Shown here piece by piece: positions 18,017 through 27,097 of a stretch of DNA of 31,914 nucleotides. This DNA is from Planctomycetota bacterium (GTDB taxonomy: Bacteria > Planctomycetota > GCA-002687715 > DRQF01): contig JALTLO010000111.1 in assembly GCA_027001995.1 (NCBI GenBank), positions 1-31,914 on the forward strand, given 5' to 3'. The first letter of the stretch is position 1. Each line of letters opens with the position of its first letter. The position numbers and the translations under genes are program-made. The notes under the pieces were generated by a model that saw nothing but the letters and a program-made list of their open reading frames with translations, was not told the DNA's origin and did not search any database.

Positions 18017-19770
18017 AATTTCACACGGGCGTCTAAGTAGATCAAATAGGCCGGATCGTCTCGTCCACCATCATTGATGAAACTGCCGCCATTGAGTGGT
18101 GCCCCTTCTTCTGGAAACAGAATGCCGAAACCGAGACCCAAGGTGTACTCCGCACTGTGTCGGTATTCCACGAAGAAATCCAATTCCAAGCCAATATCAT
18201 CATCACCAAAACCAATGGGCGACAAATCGGCGTCGTGTGTTGCCCACAAGACGGCTACCCCGAGGGACCAGTCCACTGCTGGATCCAAGGTGAAACCTCC
18301 TTGGAGAATGAAAACGTTGTCCATAGGGATGATATTGAGGATTCCGTAACGGGCCCGATAACCTTTGCCACCATCGTCATAGGCATGACGCTCAGGAAAT
18401 AAAGGAATATAGCCCGAATCTCCATTGTGAGCGCCCTCGGCGTAAAGGAAACGCAAGTAGACCCGGGTTCGGGATTCTGCTTGAAACGTCAGGCCCAATT
18501 CCGCTTCCACAGCCAAGCCATCGACGTCAGTCTTGCGGAAGTCCTTCAGGCTTCCCCTCTGATAAGCCACTTCTAAGTTGTAGTCCAAACCGTCTGCCAA
18601 GGAAAACTCACCACTGAGGCGAAACCCGAAGGTATGAAAATAGGCTTGGGCGAATCCAACCTCATTCAGCGTGTCGCCAAAGGAAGAAGAACCCAAGGAA
18701 TTGCCCAAGGTGCCTGCCGAACCAGCATTGTCCCCATTGATGTAGATCCAATAGAGGTCGACCGCATGATCGCTCATTCCCGTATAGGTGAAATAGACAG
18801 CGAAGAGCTCATCATCGTCAAAACCGCCGTTAGCCCCAGCAATGGGATAGGGGTTATTTCCTGGATTCAAGGATTCTGTACCAGCCATCTTGGCCCAAAT
18901 GAAGTCGAGGGTGTATGTGTCCCGCTCGAGAGTCAGACGTGCCGCATCAAAAGTCTGCCCGCTGAAAAACTCGTTGTTGCCGAACTGGAATTCGTTGCCA
19001 AGGACAATTTCCTGCCGCCCATTCGTCAGGCTGAGCCCGTCAACTCCAAAGACCTGGTCGATACGAATCCACCCTTCATAGAGCCGAATGTCATTCAGAA
19101 TCTGAAAGTTCGAGCTATTGCCAGCCCCCCCAGCGCCACCGGGAGCTGCTCCTTCTTGGGAACCAAAGCCACCCCCTCCTGATGCGGCACTCCCAAAGAT
19201 CGTGGTTCCTGCGGGGCCACCATTGTCGAATAGGCCGAAAGACGTGATGACGAAATGAGTTGAAACCTTCTGGGAAAGCTGGAAATCGAATCCGACTTGG
19301 AATCTTGCATCCAGATAATAGCCATCATCACCGCTGGATGTCGCGGAGGGCCCGCCGACAGCCTGCGCATCCAATAGCGGGACACCGACGGCTCCATCTG
19401 AATTACCAAAGTTTCGGTCCCAAATAGCGCCCCAGCGGATACGGAATTGGCCAAACACGTCGATGTTTGTGGCCGTGCTCTTAACCGTTGCCCCCGGGGC
19501 ATGCTCGATGAACTCAGCCAGAGCATTAACTTCGGTCTCCAAGAATCCTGGAGCACCCACGGAACCGAGATGGGACTGCAATCGTGCTCGCTCACTGCGC
19601 AAACGCAGGGACTCGGATAGCACCACATCGAGCTGCTTGCGTAATTGCTTCACCTCTTGGCCTAACGATGGGACTTCCTGTGCATGCAAATAAGTTGAGC
19701 CAACAAGAACTGCCAGAGATAAGATCCATATTCCGCGCATCAAAGAATTCCCCCAGAGCTTCTTGCCCAT
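18013..19770 (-). CDS. Outer-membrane beta-barrel porin, alginate-export (AlgE)-like family, paralog B
   Basis: Signal peptide (start 19770 or 19740), N-terminal heptad region, GQFRIR, LYEGWIRI, GRQEIVLGNEFQFG, FDAARL, alternating beta-strand pattern, terminal YLDARVKF (BAM-type C-terminal Phe). Confidence 0.78.
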   Translation of the reverse strand: MGKKLWGNSLMRGIWILSLAVLVGSTYLHAQEVPSLGQEVKQLRKQLDVVLSESLRLRSERARLQSHLGSVGAPGFLETEVNALAEFIEHAPGATVKSTATNIDVFGQFRIRWGAIWDRNFGNSDGAVGVPLLDAQAVGGPSATSSGDDGYYLDARFQVGFDFQLSQKVSTHFVITSFGLFDNGGPAGTTIFGSAASGGGGFGSQEGAAPGGAGGAGNSSNFQILNDIRLYEGWIRIDQVFGVDGLSLTNGRQEIVLGNEFQFGNNEFFSGQTFDAARLTLERDTYTLDFIWAKMAGTESLNPGNNPYPIAGANGGFDDDELFAVYFTYTGMSDHAVDLYWIYINGDNAGSAGTLGNSLGSSSFGDTLNEVGFAQAYFHTFGFRLSGEFSLADGLDYNLEVAYQRGSLKDFRKTDVDGLAVEAELGLTFQAESRTRVYLRFLYAEGAHNGDSGYIPLFPERHAYDDGGKGYRARYGILNIIPMDNVFILQGGFTLDPAVDWSLGVAVLWATHDADLSPIGFGDDDIGLELDFFVEYRHSAEYTLGLGFGILFPEEGAPLNGGSFINDGGRDDPAYLIYLDARVKF

Positions 19771-19879
19771 AGTGGACCAGGAATCGACGCTCAGTGCAAT
19801 TCAATTCGGGGGATAGCTGAGAGGGTTTCCAAGAAAGAGCGCCAGAGAAAAGGGCCCGTTGGACGAGGATGAGGGAAGC

Positions 19880-19921
19880 AAAAGAAAAAGAGGCCGCCCA
19901 TTTCTGGACGACCTCTTCTTT
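19880..19921 (-). terminator. Intrinsic terminator between the two porin genes
   Basis: Minus-strand RNA GAGGUCGUCCA-gaaa-UGGGCGGCCUC followed by UUUUUCUUUU; GAAA tetraloop; 20-30 nt after the stop at 19943. Confidence 0.85.
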
Positions 19922-19942
19922 GAGTTCAAAGTCCGTTAAGAC

Positions 19943-21523
19943 TTAGAAGACAACGCGGCTCTGCAAGTAGAAGAGCACGGCGACATCATCATCGCTGCCA
20001 GCAAAACCATTACCATTGGTAGGTGCGTTTTGGTCAGCGAAGAAGAAGCCAATACCAGCGCTGAATGTTGTTTCAGCACTGTAGCGGTACTCGGCGAAAA
20101 GATCGATTTCGAAACCGATGTCATCGTCACCGACAGTGGTGTCTTCGTCAACAGTTGCCCAAAGAGCAGTCAAGCCGACGGTCCAATCCGTTGCTGGATC
20201 GAATGTCAGGCCAAGCTGAACTGTGAGGACGTTATCCATAGGGATGATGTCCATGAGGCCGTAACGAGCGCGGTAACCGGTGTGGTCATCCGATGCTTGT
20301 GCATGCCTTTCTGGGAACAAGTTGATGTATCCAACATCGTCACCATCAGCACCCTCAGCGAAGAGGAAGCGGGTGAAGACGCGGAAGTTGTTGTTTGCGT
20401 TGAACGTGATGCCCAACTCAACTTCAACAGCGAAAGCGTTCACATCGAAATCGGAACCACCAGCGACGTTGATGTCACCGAACTGGTACACGAAGTTGAT
20501 GTTGTAGTCCAAGCCTGCTGCCACGTTGAAAGTACCGCCCAAGCGGAGACCAACAGTGTGGTAGTAGAACTCGTCGCCGATAGCAGCAGGGGAATTCGTG
20601 TTGGCTGAAGCGTTCAAGCCACCAAGAGGACCATTGCTGAGACCGTTATTGCCGTTCATGTACACCCAGAACAGGTCAAGGACGTGATCCTTGATTGTCT
20701 TGAGCGTGAAGTAAAGGGCATACATTTCGTCGTCGTCGAAACCACGGTTGGCACCGCTAGGTGCGTATGGGTGGTTCACGGTGTTGAGGGCTTCTGTACC
20801 CACACCCTTGGCGAAGATGAAAGTCAAGTCGAAGTTGTCACTGGACCAAAGCCAAGTGCTGGCGTCATGTGTTTCGCCACTGAAGAAGTCGTTGTTACCA
20901 AAGATGAACTCGTTACCGAGAACGATCTCTTGGCGACCAGACTTGTTCGAAAGCTCTTTGCGACCAAAGATGTTGCGGACCAAAATCCAACCTTCGTAAA
21001 GGTCAACACGGTCCAGGTTGCTTCCACCAGCTGGTGTGTTGCCATTGTCGAAGAGGCCATTAGCCTGCATCGAGAAATGAGTCGTCACATCTCTGGAGAA
21101 ATCGAAGTCAAACCCAACGCGAAAACGTGCATCCTGGAAGGATCCATTGTCGTCTTCTTGTTCTGAGGTTGCGTAGTTGCGACCGAAGTCACGGTCAATA
21201 GACCAGCCACTACGAATCCGGAATTCACCGGTGATAGTGATTGGGTTGGCAATACTGTTGACAGTAGTGCCTGCGGCGTAATCAAGGCTCTCGGCGAGTG
21301 CATTGATGCGCTCTTCAAGAGTGTTGTCCTCGACAACGTCGACACGATTGCGAAGCTCGGCATTTTCCGAGAGAATCTTCTGGTTTTGCGAAATTACGCG
21401 ACGCAAGTCATTCTTAAGTTGATTGACTTCATCACGCAAATTGTCGTCTTGCTGAGCGGCCGCGAATGGACTCATGATGAATCCGAACGCAAGTAACGCT
21501 GCCACAAAGTTCCACTTTCTCAT
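19943..21523 (-). CDS. Outer-membrane beta-barrel porin, alginate-export (AlgE)-like family, paralog A (probably highly expressed)
   Basis: GAGGAGG RBS; signal peptide ending AAA-Q; coiled-coil N-terminus; GEFRIR, LYEGWILV, GRQEIVLGNEFIFG; terminal YLQSRVVF. Codons visibly skewed to AAC/TTC/GGT/GCT/GAC. Confidence 0.82.
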   Translation of the reverse strand: MRKWNFVAALLAFGFIMSPFAAAQQDDNLRDEVNQLKNDLRRVISQNQKILSENAELRNRVDVVEDNTLEERINALAESLDYAAGTTVNSIANPITITGEFRIRSGWSIDRDFGRNYATSEQEDDNGSFQDARFRVGFDFDFSRDVTTHFSMQANGLFDNGNTPAGGSNLDRVDLYEGWILVRNIFGRKELSNKSGRQEIVLGNEFIFGNNDFFSGETHDASTWLWSSDNFDLTFIFAKGVGTEALNTVNHPYAPSGANRGFDDDEMYALYFTLKTIKDHVLDLFWVYMNGNNGLSNGPLGGLNASANTNSPAAIGDEFYYHTVGLRLGGTFNVAAGLDYNINFVYQFGDINVAGGSDFDVNAFAVEVELGITFNANNNFRVFTRFLFAEGADGDDVGYINLFPERHAQASDDHTGYRARYGLMDIIPMDNVLTVQLGLTFDPATDWTVGLTALWATVDEDTTVGDDDIGFEIDLFAEYRYSAETTFSAGIGFFFADQNAPTNGNGFAGSDDDVAVLFYLQSRVVF

Positions 21524-22044
21524 CTGAGAATTACCTCCTCAAAGTAATTAAGACAGAACCACGTATAACCCTTCAGTGGTTCCCATCGCGATCACAGTAC
21601 ATTATGACCGTGGCCAAGCAACAAAGAATGGCCCCAAATCCTTTGTGACAAAGAACTGGCGAATTTCGTCAACCCCTCAGCGAAGGGTTGGCGAGACTCG
21701 ACAGCGCCTGCCAGAAAGGTGGCGATTGGGGCTTATAGCGTTGGTTTTGGTGGGGATTCAATCGTTTCCACCGAAGAAATCCGGCTAATTCGTGATTTCC
21801 ACTTGGCTTAGAGTCGCCGAGAATGAAGCGGCCAGGAGCGCCATTTACATAAACCACTCAGAACAAACACCTTACGAACACACTCTGGGAGCAATCTGTC
21901 GGTGTGGAGAGGTTTATCCGCAGGGTTTCAAAACGTCCAAAAACCTACGTTTTTGCCCCATATGGGACAATTTTGTGGGAGTTTTACACAGAATCCGGCA
22001 AAAGTTGAGTGATTCTACGAAGGTTGTCTATAGGGGGCAGAAGC

Positions 22045-22272
22045 TCAGTCGTCCCGCAGATCCACATCCACCCCAGACTCCCGCAAAAATTGTAGAGCTT
22101 CTTCAATTTTTTTGTCGTCACCATCTAATTCCAAGGCCACAAATTGCTTGGAATCATTCACAGTTGCGCCAAAAATGCTGAAAACCACTCCAAAACGCCC
22201 TGTCAAAGAGCTCAAGATGGGCGCATCTTTCGCCGCTTTTTCGAAACTAAGAAATACCCGTTGCTTGCTCAT
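22045..22272 (-). CDS. Stand-alone NIL-domain protein (75 aa)
   Basis: MSKQRVFLSF...APILSSLTGRFGVVFSIFGATV...VALELDGDDKKIEEALQFLRESGVDV fits the NIL (MetN C-terminal, ACT-like) pattern. ATG 22272 lies 17 nt after the upstream stop. Confidence 0.8.
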   Translation of the reverse strand: MSKQRVFLSFEKAAKDAPILSSLTGRFGVVFSIFGATVNDSKQFVALELDGDDKKIEEALQFLRESGVDVDLRDD

Positions 22273-22289
22273 TTTGTCGATCTCAACTT

Positions 22290-23021
22290 TCAAGTCACCG
22301 CTGTCCATAGTCGGCACCACAAGTGCCTTACAACCCGAATTATCCCGCCTGATGCCAGAATGAGCCCACTCAAAGCAAGAATGACCGGAAGGGAGTCCCA
22401 CACCTTAGGTGCCAGATAGATTTTTTCGCCGATTCGATATTCACGGTACATAGACTCGACCTTAAACAGATCAAGTGCGAGGAAATCCTGGCTAGCAGTG
22501 GACCATGCCGAAGCTCTCAACCCTGAATTGATCATCAAACGAGCGGTTTCAGGATTCCTCGCCTCCCCTACCAATCCCTCGAGCAAGATGGGTGCCATCA
22601 GTAAAACCACCCCGCCCACGATGATTTCCAATCCCATGGTATCGAACCGCAGGGCCAATCGACGGCCAACCGCGAAACTCAGGAGGGGAAGCCCTTGGAA
22701 TCCTTGCCAAATAGCAATCTCAGCAATGCCCAGGCCTTCCAGTTGTCGCCCCCAGACCAGGAATCCTACCACGGTCGATGCCAAAACCGACAAAATCATG
22801 GCAAATACGGCGTTTCTATAGGTCTGAGGCTTCGCAAAGAGATGCTCAATCCACAAGAAGGCCAGAGCGATGAAGCCGAGGCTATGGCATAGAAGGATGA
22901 TAGGAGGTCCCAAAGCTGTGCCTAAGATCCAATGCTGACAGCTCCAAAGAAGAACGCCCAAGGCTGTGATGCCGCCAAGAAAGACGCTCGAACACCGCAA
23001 CCATTCCGGACGCCCTGCCAT
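22290..23021 (-). CDS. Hypothetical polytopic membrane protein (about 6 TM)
   Basis: 243 aa, several hydrophobic helices, GAGG RBS before ATG 23021, collinear with its neighbours. No recognisable family motif. Confidence 0.65.
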   Translation of the reverse strand: MAGRPEWLRCSSVFLGGITALGVLLWSCQHWILGTALGPPIILLCHSLGFIALAFLWIEHLFAKPQTYRNAVFAMILSVLASTVVGFLVWGRQLEGLGIAEIAIWQGFQGLPLLSFAVGRRLALRFDTMGLEIIVGGVVLLMAPILLEGLVGEARNPETARLMINSGLRASAWSTASQDFLALDLFKVESMYREYRIGEKIYLAPKVWDSLPVILALSGLILASGGIIRVVRHLWCRLWTAVT

Positions 23022-23083
23022 AGTCTACCTCAAACTCCTTCATCCCACGGCCGAATCACTGCCAGAAAAGGCTTCCCTCTAGT

Positions 23084-24334
23084 CTAGTACTCTAGGGCAG
23101 CCCAACATTGCTCCAATGCCCGCATGGCATAAAGCGTGCAGAGCAACTCACTTGCCTCTTCCCATCGTGCATTCTTGTCATTGACCCAAAATCCTTCTTC
23201 CGACTGCAAAGACAGAAGCTTTTCCGCCAGAGATTCAGCCCAGTTTATCTTCACACCATCAAGCCCAATAATCTCTGCTTGCCCATAGACTCGCAGACAT
23301 TTGGCCATGCTGAAATAGTAATAGTAGAGCCCCTGATACCGTCCACTTCCATCCTTGCCCGGTTTGAATCCAGGGTGGCCGTCCAAATCAAAGTTCTTGT
23401 GGCACCAGGAGGCAACAGCTTTTACCCGAGGATCGTTCTTGCTGAGACCGCAAAATAGGTAGCTTCTCAGCAATGCATAAGACATAGAACCGTAACTATT
23501 GAAGGTGCGATGCCCATCAGCATGGACGGTGATTCCCGCCTTTGTTTCACCGGGCAAATAGATGGCTCCTCCATCATTACCCGGACGAACCTCGTTGCCA
23601 TCGCCATCCTTCCACACCTGATCGTTAGACTCACTCCGATTTTGAGTGCGCTCAAGGAAAGCCGTGGCACGCTTGAAGAAGGGATGGTCTTGGGGCAAAC
23701 CAGCTTTGCGCACCGCCTCAATGGCAAATTGAGCGTTTGAAAGGTCCGGGCGCATGTCACCGCCATAACCAACACCGCCGTAGAACTTGTCTTCAGGGCG
23801 GAAACCGGAATCTTCCCGCGCTTGGAGGCGAACAACGAAATCCCGGGCCTTGCTCACAGCAGCGGCGTAGCGCTGATCGTTCGCTTCGACTAAGGCAGAT
23901 AGCGATAGGCTGGTGACGTAATTAGCGGAATCCCGTTCAAAAATCGAGCCATCTGGTTTCTGCAGGCTCACTAACCAGTCCAAAATATTGCGAACAATTG
24001 GCCCATCGCTCAGATTGTACTTTCTGGGGCTCTGCATATAGACGAGAGCTGCCATGGCAGCAAAGCCAGGATGGCGTGTTCCTTTGACATCCGCTGGGGA
24101 ATAGCCCACCATACCAGACTTAAGATCGTGGTATTGGGCCAGGACTTTGACCCCCCGATCCAAAGCGTCTTTCATCCGCTTCTTCAGAGGTTTCTTATCG
24201 TGGGAGGCACTTTCATTGTGGGCCTTCACTTGGCCTTGCTCCCCGCCACTCACAGAATTTTTCTTCCCATCGCCACAAGAGACGAGAAGCAAGGCAAGAG
24301 CCAGGGTACTGATAACTCGGGCGAAAATGGTCAT
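23084..24334 (-). CDS. Lipoprotein with prenyltransferase/squalene-oxidase (QW-like) repeats
   Basis: Lipobox LLVS-C. Repeats LDWLVSLQKPDGSI, DFVVRLQ...YGGVGY, AFLERTQN...DGGAIY, EKLLSLQSEEGFW; also RPDLSN, SYGSMSY, QGLYYYY. Confidence 0.82.
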   Translation of the reverse strand: MTIFARVISTLALALLLVSCGDGKKNSVSGGEQGQVKAHNESASHDKKPLKKRMKDALDRGVKVLAQYHDLKSGMVGYSPADVKGTRHPGFAAMAALVYMQSPRKYNLSDGPIVRNILDWLVSLQKPDGSIFERDSANYVTSLSLSALVEANDQRYAAAVSKARDFVVRLQAREDSGFRPEDKFYGGVGYGGDMRPDLSNAQFAIEAVRKAGLPQDHPFFKRATAFLERTQNRSESNDQVWKDGDGNEVRPGNDGGAIYLPGETKAGITVHADGHRTFNSYGSMSYALLRSYLFCGLSKNDPRVKAVASWCHKNFDLDGHPGFKPGKDGSGRYQGLYYYYFSMAKCLRVYGQAEIIGLDGVKINWAESLAEKLLSLQSEEGFWVNDKNARWEEASELLCTLYAMRALEQCWAALEY

Positions 24335-24392
24335 TTTGTGCTCCGCGTAGAATCGAAATCCAGAAACTCAGAGGTGTAAGAGTCGTATGCTA

Positions 24393-24587
24393 TCAACCGA
24401 GGCGGTCACCGTCCTGAACGTCTGTTTTCTTTCTTGGTTCGATTTTCTTGGTGGCGGGAGAATCATGGTGACTCCCGGGGCAAGAACCACATGTTGAGCG
24501 CTGACGGAATCGTTTGATCCCGAAAATGATCACAGTTGCCCCGCCAATGGCGTAAACCAACCAAACCTGAATCTCCGGGTCGATCAT
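24393..24587 (-). CDS. FeoB-associated Cys-rich small membrane protein (64 aa)
   Basis: GGAGG upstream of ATG 24587. One TM helix (QVWLVYAIGGATVIIFGI), basic patch, then CGSC and HH; directly after feoB. Confidence 0.72.
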   Translation of the reverse strand: MIDPEIQVWLVYAIGGATVIIFGIKRFRQRSTCGSCPGSHHDSPATKKIEPRKKTDVQDGDRLG

Positions 24588-24641
24588 GTTTTCTTCCACC
24601 TCCATCCGCCATCGCTGTCTTGCCACCGAAGCAAGATAGAA

Positions 24642-26813
24642 CTAGTAACCTAGGGCGTTGCCGATTTGCCAAACAAGGAAAGACGATCCCCAGGCCAAAG
24701 AGGTCATGTAGACCAGCATAAAAAGGGGCCACTTCCAAGTTGCGGTCTCCCGTCTTACCACTGCCAGCGTCGACATACACTGACAAGCCAAGACGAAGAA
24801 CACCAAGAGGCTCAGACCCGTCAAAGGCCGGTAGAGGGTAGCTTGAGTCTCAGGATCTTTGGCCCGACGAAACCTTTCCTGCAAGAAAGAAACGTCATCC
24901 TCTTCTTCGACATTGAGTATCTGGGCCATGGTTGAAACGAGAACCTCTCGCGCTGCAAACGAGGCCACCAAACCAACACCGATTTGCCAGTCAAACCCAA
25001 GGGGAGCAATGGCGGGCTCAATGAGATGTCCCAAACGGCCAGCATAACTTCCTTCAAGTTGGGCACCATGGGCTTGCAGTTTGGCCTTATGGATTCGAGC
25101 TTCGAGAGCGTCACGACCCGAATCCGAAGTATCAAGCGCTTCCAGCTCGGCACTGAGCACCGTGGCAGTATCGGTAAACGCTTGAGATCGCGGGTTAGAT
25201 TGGGGAAACGTCTGGAGGAACCAAAGCACAATGGTCAGCCCAAGAATGACGGTCCAGACCTTCTTGAGGAAGAGGCCGGCCCGGTCCGCCACATTGCGCA
25301 AGACCACATTCCATCGAGGCATGCGGTAAGGAGGCAACTCCATGATCAATGTTGGAGTTTCCCCAGGGACCAAGGTCTTGCGGAACAGAAACGCCATTAA
25401 CGCCGCCATGATAATGCCCAAAAGGTACATACAGATCATGACAACGGCGGCGGTGGAGACAAATCCGAAAAGCGTGCCATCGCTGAAGAAGGCACCGATA
25501 ACCAAGGTATAGACCGGCAAACGGGCACTGCAACTCATCAAAGGCGCCACCAAGATAGTCACCAGTCGTGCAGCGGGACTCTCAATCGTTCTTGCACTCA
25601 TGATGCCAGGGACAGCACATGCAAACGAGCTCATCATGGGCACAAAACTGCGCCCATGAAGACCAACACGGCGCATGAGGTGGTCCATCAAAAAGGCAGC
25701 CCGAGCCATGTAGCCCGAGTCTTCTAGGATCCCGATAGCAAGGAAAAGCACGGAGATCTGTGGCAAGAAAATCACCACGTTGAGCACCCCAGCCAACATG
25801 CCGTTCACCACAAGGTCAGAAAGCAGTCCTTCTCCAATAAGGCCACCAACTCCATTTGAGAAGGCGTTGAATCCCAGCTCCAGCAAGTCTGTGGGAACCC
25901 CAGCCCAAGTAAAAATTGCTTGGAAGACTAATCCCATCAGAAGCAGAAATGCCAGGGGCCCAAAAATCGGATGAAGCAAGAAACGATCGGCACCATCAGA
26001 TGGTGGCAGCAGTTTTTTTTCAAACTGCTGGGGCAAGACCTGAGGAATAATCCCATCGATCTTCTGATAGCGAGCCTGAACTTCGTCCTTCCACCAGTCT
26101 GCTTGGGCTTGATTCAGTTTGTCACATTGCTCCCGGACGACTTCAGAGTCTCCCCGCCCTTCCAGAGCCATGAGAAGTCGGCGCAATTGAGCCCCCCTGG
26201 GGATGCTCGGTTGAGAATCACTTATGGCATCAATTGCCTGTCTCAAAAGCGGGCTTTGCTCAACCAGAACCTGCGCAGGAGGTCGACTCGCAGCATCGCA
26301 AATTGCGCCGGAAAGCCTCTCCACCGACTGCTTACCATAGTTATCAAGAGCGATAACCGGAATGCCCAAGTGCTTGCTGAGAGCCTCCGAGTCTGGGGCA
26401 CAGTCATTGAGCCGCGCCAAATCCATCATGGTCAGCACCAAGAGAACCGGCTTATCCAACTCCATCACTTGCGTCGTCAGATAGAGGTTGCGGCCAAGAT
26501 TAGAAGCGTCGCAAACATTGAGCAAGAGATCCGGAGATCCGCCGGCACCCAACTTCCCCAAGATGAAATCGATAGCGACCTCTTCATCTGGAGACCGTTG
26601 AGACAAACTGTAGGTCCCGGGCAAGTCCACCAGATTGAGGACAGCGTCCTGGCAAACCCGCTTTCCCCGTCGTTCTTCGACAGTAATTCCAGGGTAATTT
26701 CCGACCTTGTGCCTTAAGCCCGTGAGGGCGTTGAAAACGGAGGTCTTTCCCGAGTTTGGATTGCCAATCAGCGCAACTTGCAGAATTGATGGGGCATGGG
26801 CTTGGTCATCCAC
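24642..26813 (-). CDS. feoB: Ferrous iron transporter FeoB
   Basis: G-domain GNPNSGKT, GNYPGITVE, DLPGTYS. Membrane motifs LEDSGYMARAAF, FACAVPG, MSCSARLPVY, MELPPYRMP, FAAREV, CQCMST. GTG start overlaps the feoA stop. Confidence 0.97.
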   Translation of the reverse strand: MDDQAHAPSILQVALIGNPNSGKTSVFNALTGLRHKVGNYPGITVEERRGKRVCQDAVLNLVDLPGTYSLSQRSPDEEVAIDFILGKLGAGGSPDLLLNVCDASNLGRNLYLTTQVMELDKPVLLVLTMMDLARLNDCAPDSEALSKHLGIPVIALDNYGKQSVERLSGAICDAASRPPAQVLVEQSPLLRQAIDAISDSQPSIPRGAQLRRLLMALEGRGDSEVVREQCDKLNQAQADWWKDEVQARYQKIDGIIPQVLPQQFEKKLLPPSDGADRFLLHPIFGPLAFLLLMGLVFQAIFTWAGVPTDLLELGFNAFSNGVGGLIGEGLLSDLVVNGMLAGVLNVVIFLPQISVLFLAIGILEDSGYMARAAFLMDHLMRRVGLHGRSFVPMMSSFACAVPGIMSARTIESPAARLVTILVAPLMSCSARLPVYTLVIGAFFSDGTLFGFVSTAAVVMICMYLLGIIMAALMAFLFRKTLVPGETPTLIMELPPYRMPRWNVVLRNVADRAGLFLKKVWTVILGLTIVLWFLQTFPQSNPRSQAFTDTATVLSAELEALDTSDSGRDALEARIHKAKLQAHGAQLEGSYAGRLGHLIEPAIAPLGFDWQIGVGLVASFAAREVLVSTMAQILNVEEEDDVSFLQERFRRAKDPETQATLYRPLTGLSLLVFFVLACQCMSTLAVVRRETATWKWPLFMLVYMTSLAWGSSFLVWQIGNALGY

Positions 26814-27057
26814 GAAGCAAGACCGATCGCGCTTCGGAGCGTCTCAAGGTGAGGTGATAGCCGCGGACGACAATCTCGACGGGATCACCAGAAGGTGCTC
26901 GCCGAATCAAGGAAAGATTGACCCCAGTTGTGAGCCCCATTTCCAGCAGACGACGCCCCAAAGGAGGCTTGGCGGTGACATCATAGACGATGGCCGACTC
27001 TCCGGCCCCGAGATCATCCAAGGTGCGCTTGCCTGTGATGTTGTTCAATCCGCTCAA
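26806..27057 (-). CDS. feoA: Ferrous iron transport protein FeoA
   Basis: RRLLEMGLTTG, RRAPSGDPVEIVVRGYHLTLRRSEA; TTG start; immediately upstream of feoB. Confidence 0.93.
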   Translation of the reverse strand: MSGLNNITGKRTLDDLGAGESAIVYDVTAKPPLGRRLLEMGLTTGVNLSLIRRAPSGDPVEIVVRGYHLTLRRSEARSVLLRG

Positions 27058-27069
27058 ATTGCAGCCCCA

Positions 27070-27094
27070 TTAGTTGAGACCCATTCTCAACTAA
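27070..27094. promoter_or_regulatory. Fur-box-like operator of the feo operon
   Basis: Perfect 10-5-10 inverted repeat TTAGTTGAGA-cccat-TCTCAACTAA. The 19-bp core (minus strand GTTGAGAATGGGTCTCAAC) resembles TGAGAATnATTCTCA-type Fur boxes. Lies 12 nt before feoA and next to fur. Confidence 0.8.
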
Positions 27095-27097
27095 GAG

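Noticed and set aside
11859..21523. Alginate biosynthesis locus (AlgI-like MBOAT plus AlgE-like porins)
   Set aside because: No alg8/alg44/algD/algG/algJ/algX-like genes; the MBOAT and porins are on opposite strands and separated by unrelated genes.
26420..26440. FeoB G4 motif reads TMMD rather than NMxD
   Set aside because: All other G motifs are intact and G4 variation occurs among FeoB proteins; not evidence of inactivation.
5110..27057. Magnetosome gene cluster (feoAB plus an HtrA/MamE-like protease)
   Set aside because: The protease has no CxxCH magnetochrome motifs and is about 18 kb from feoB; no mamA/B/K/M/Q-like genes are recognisable.
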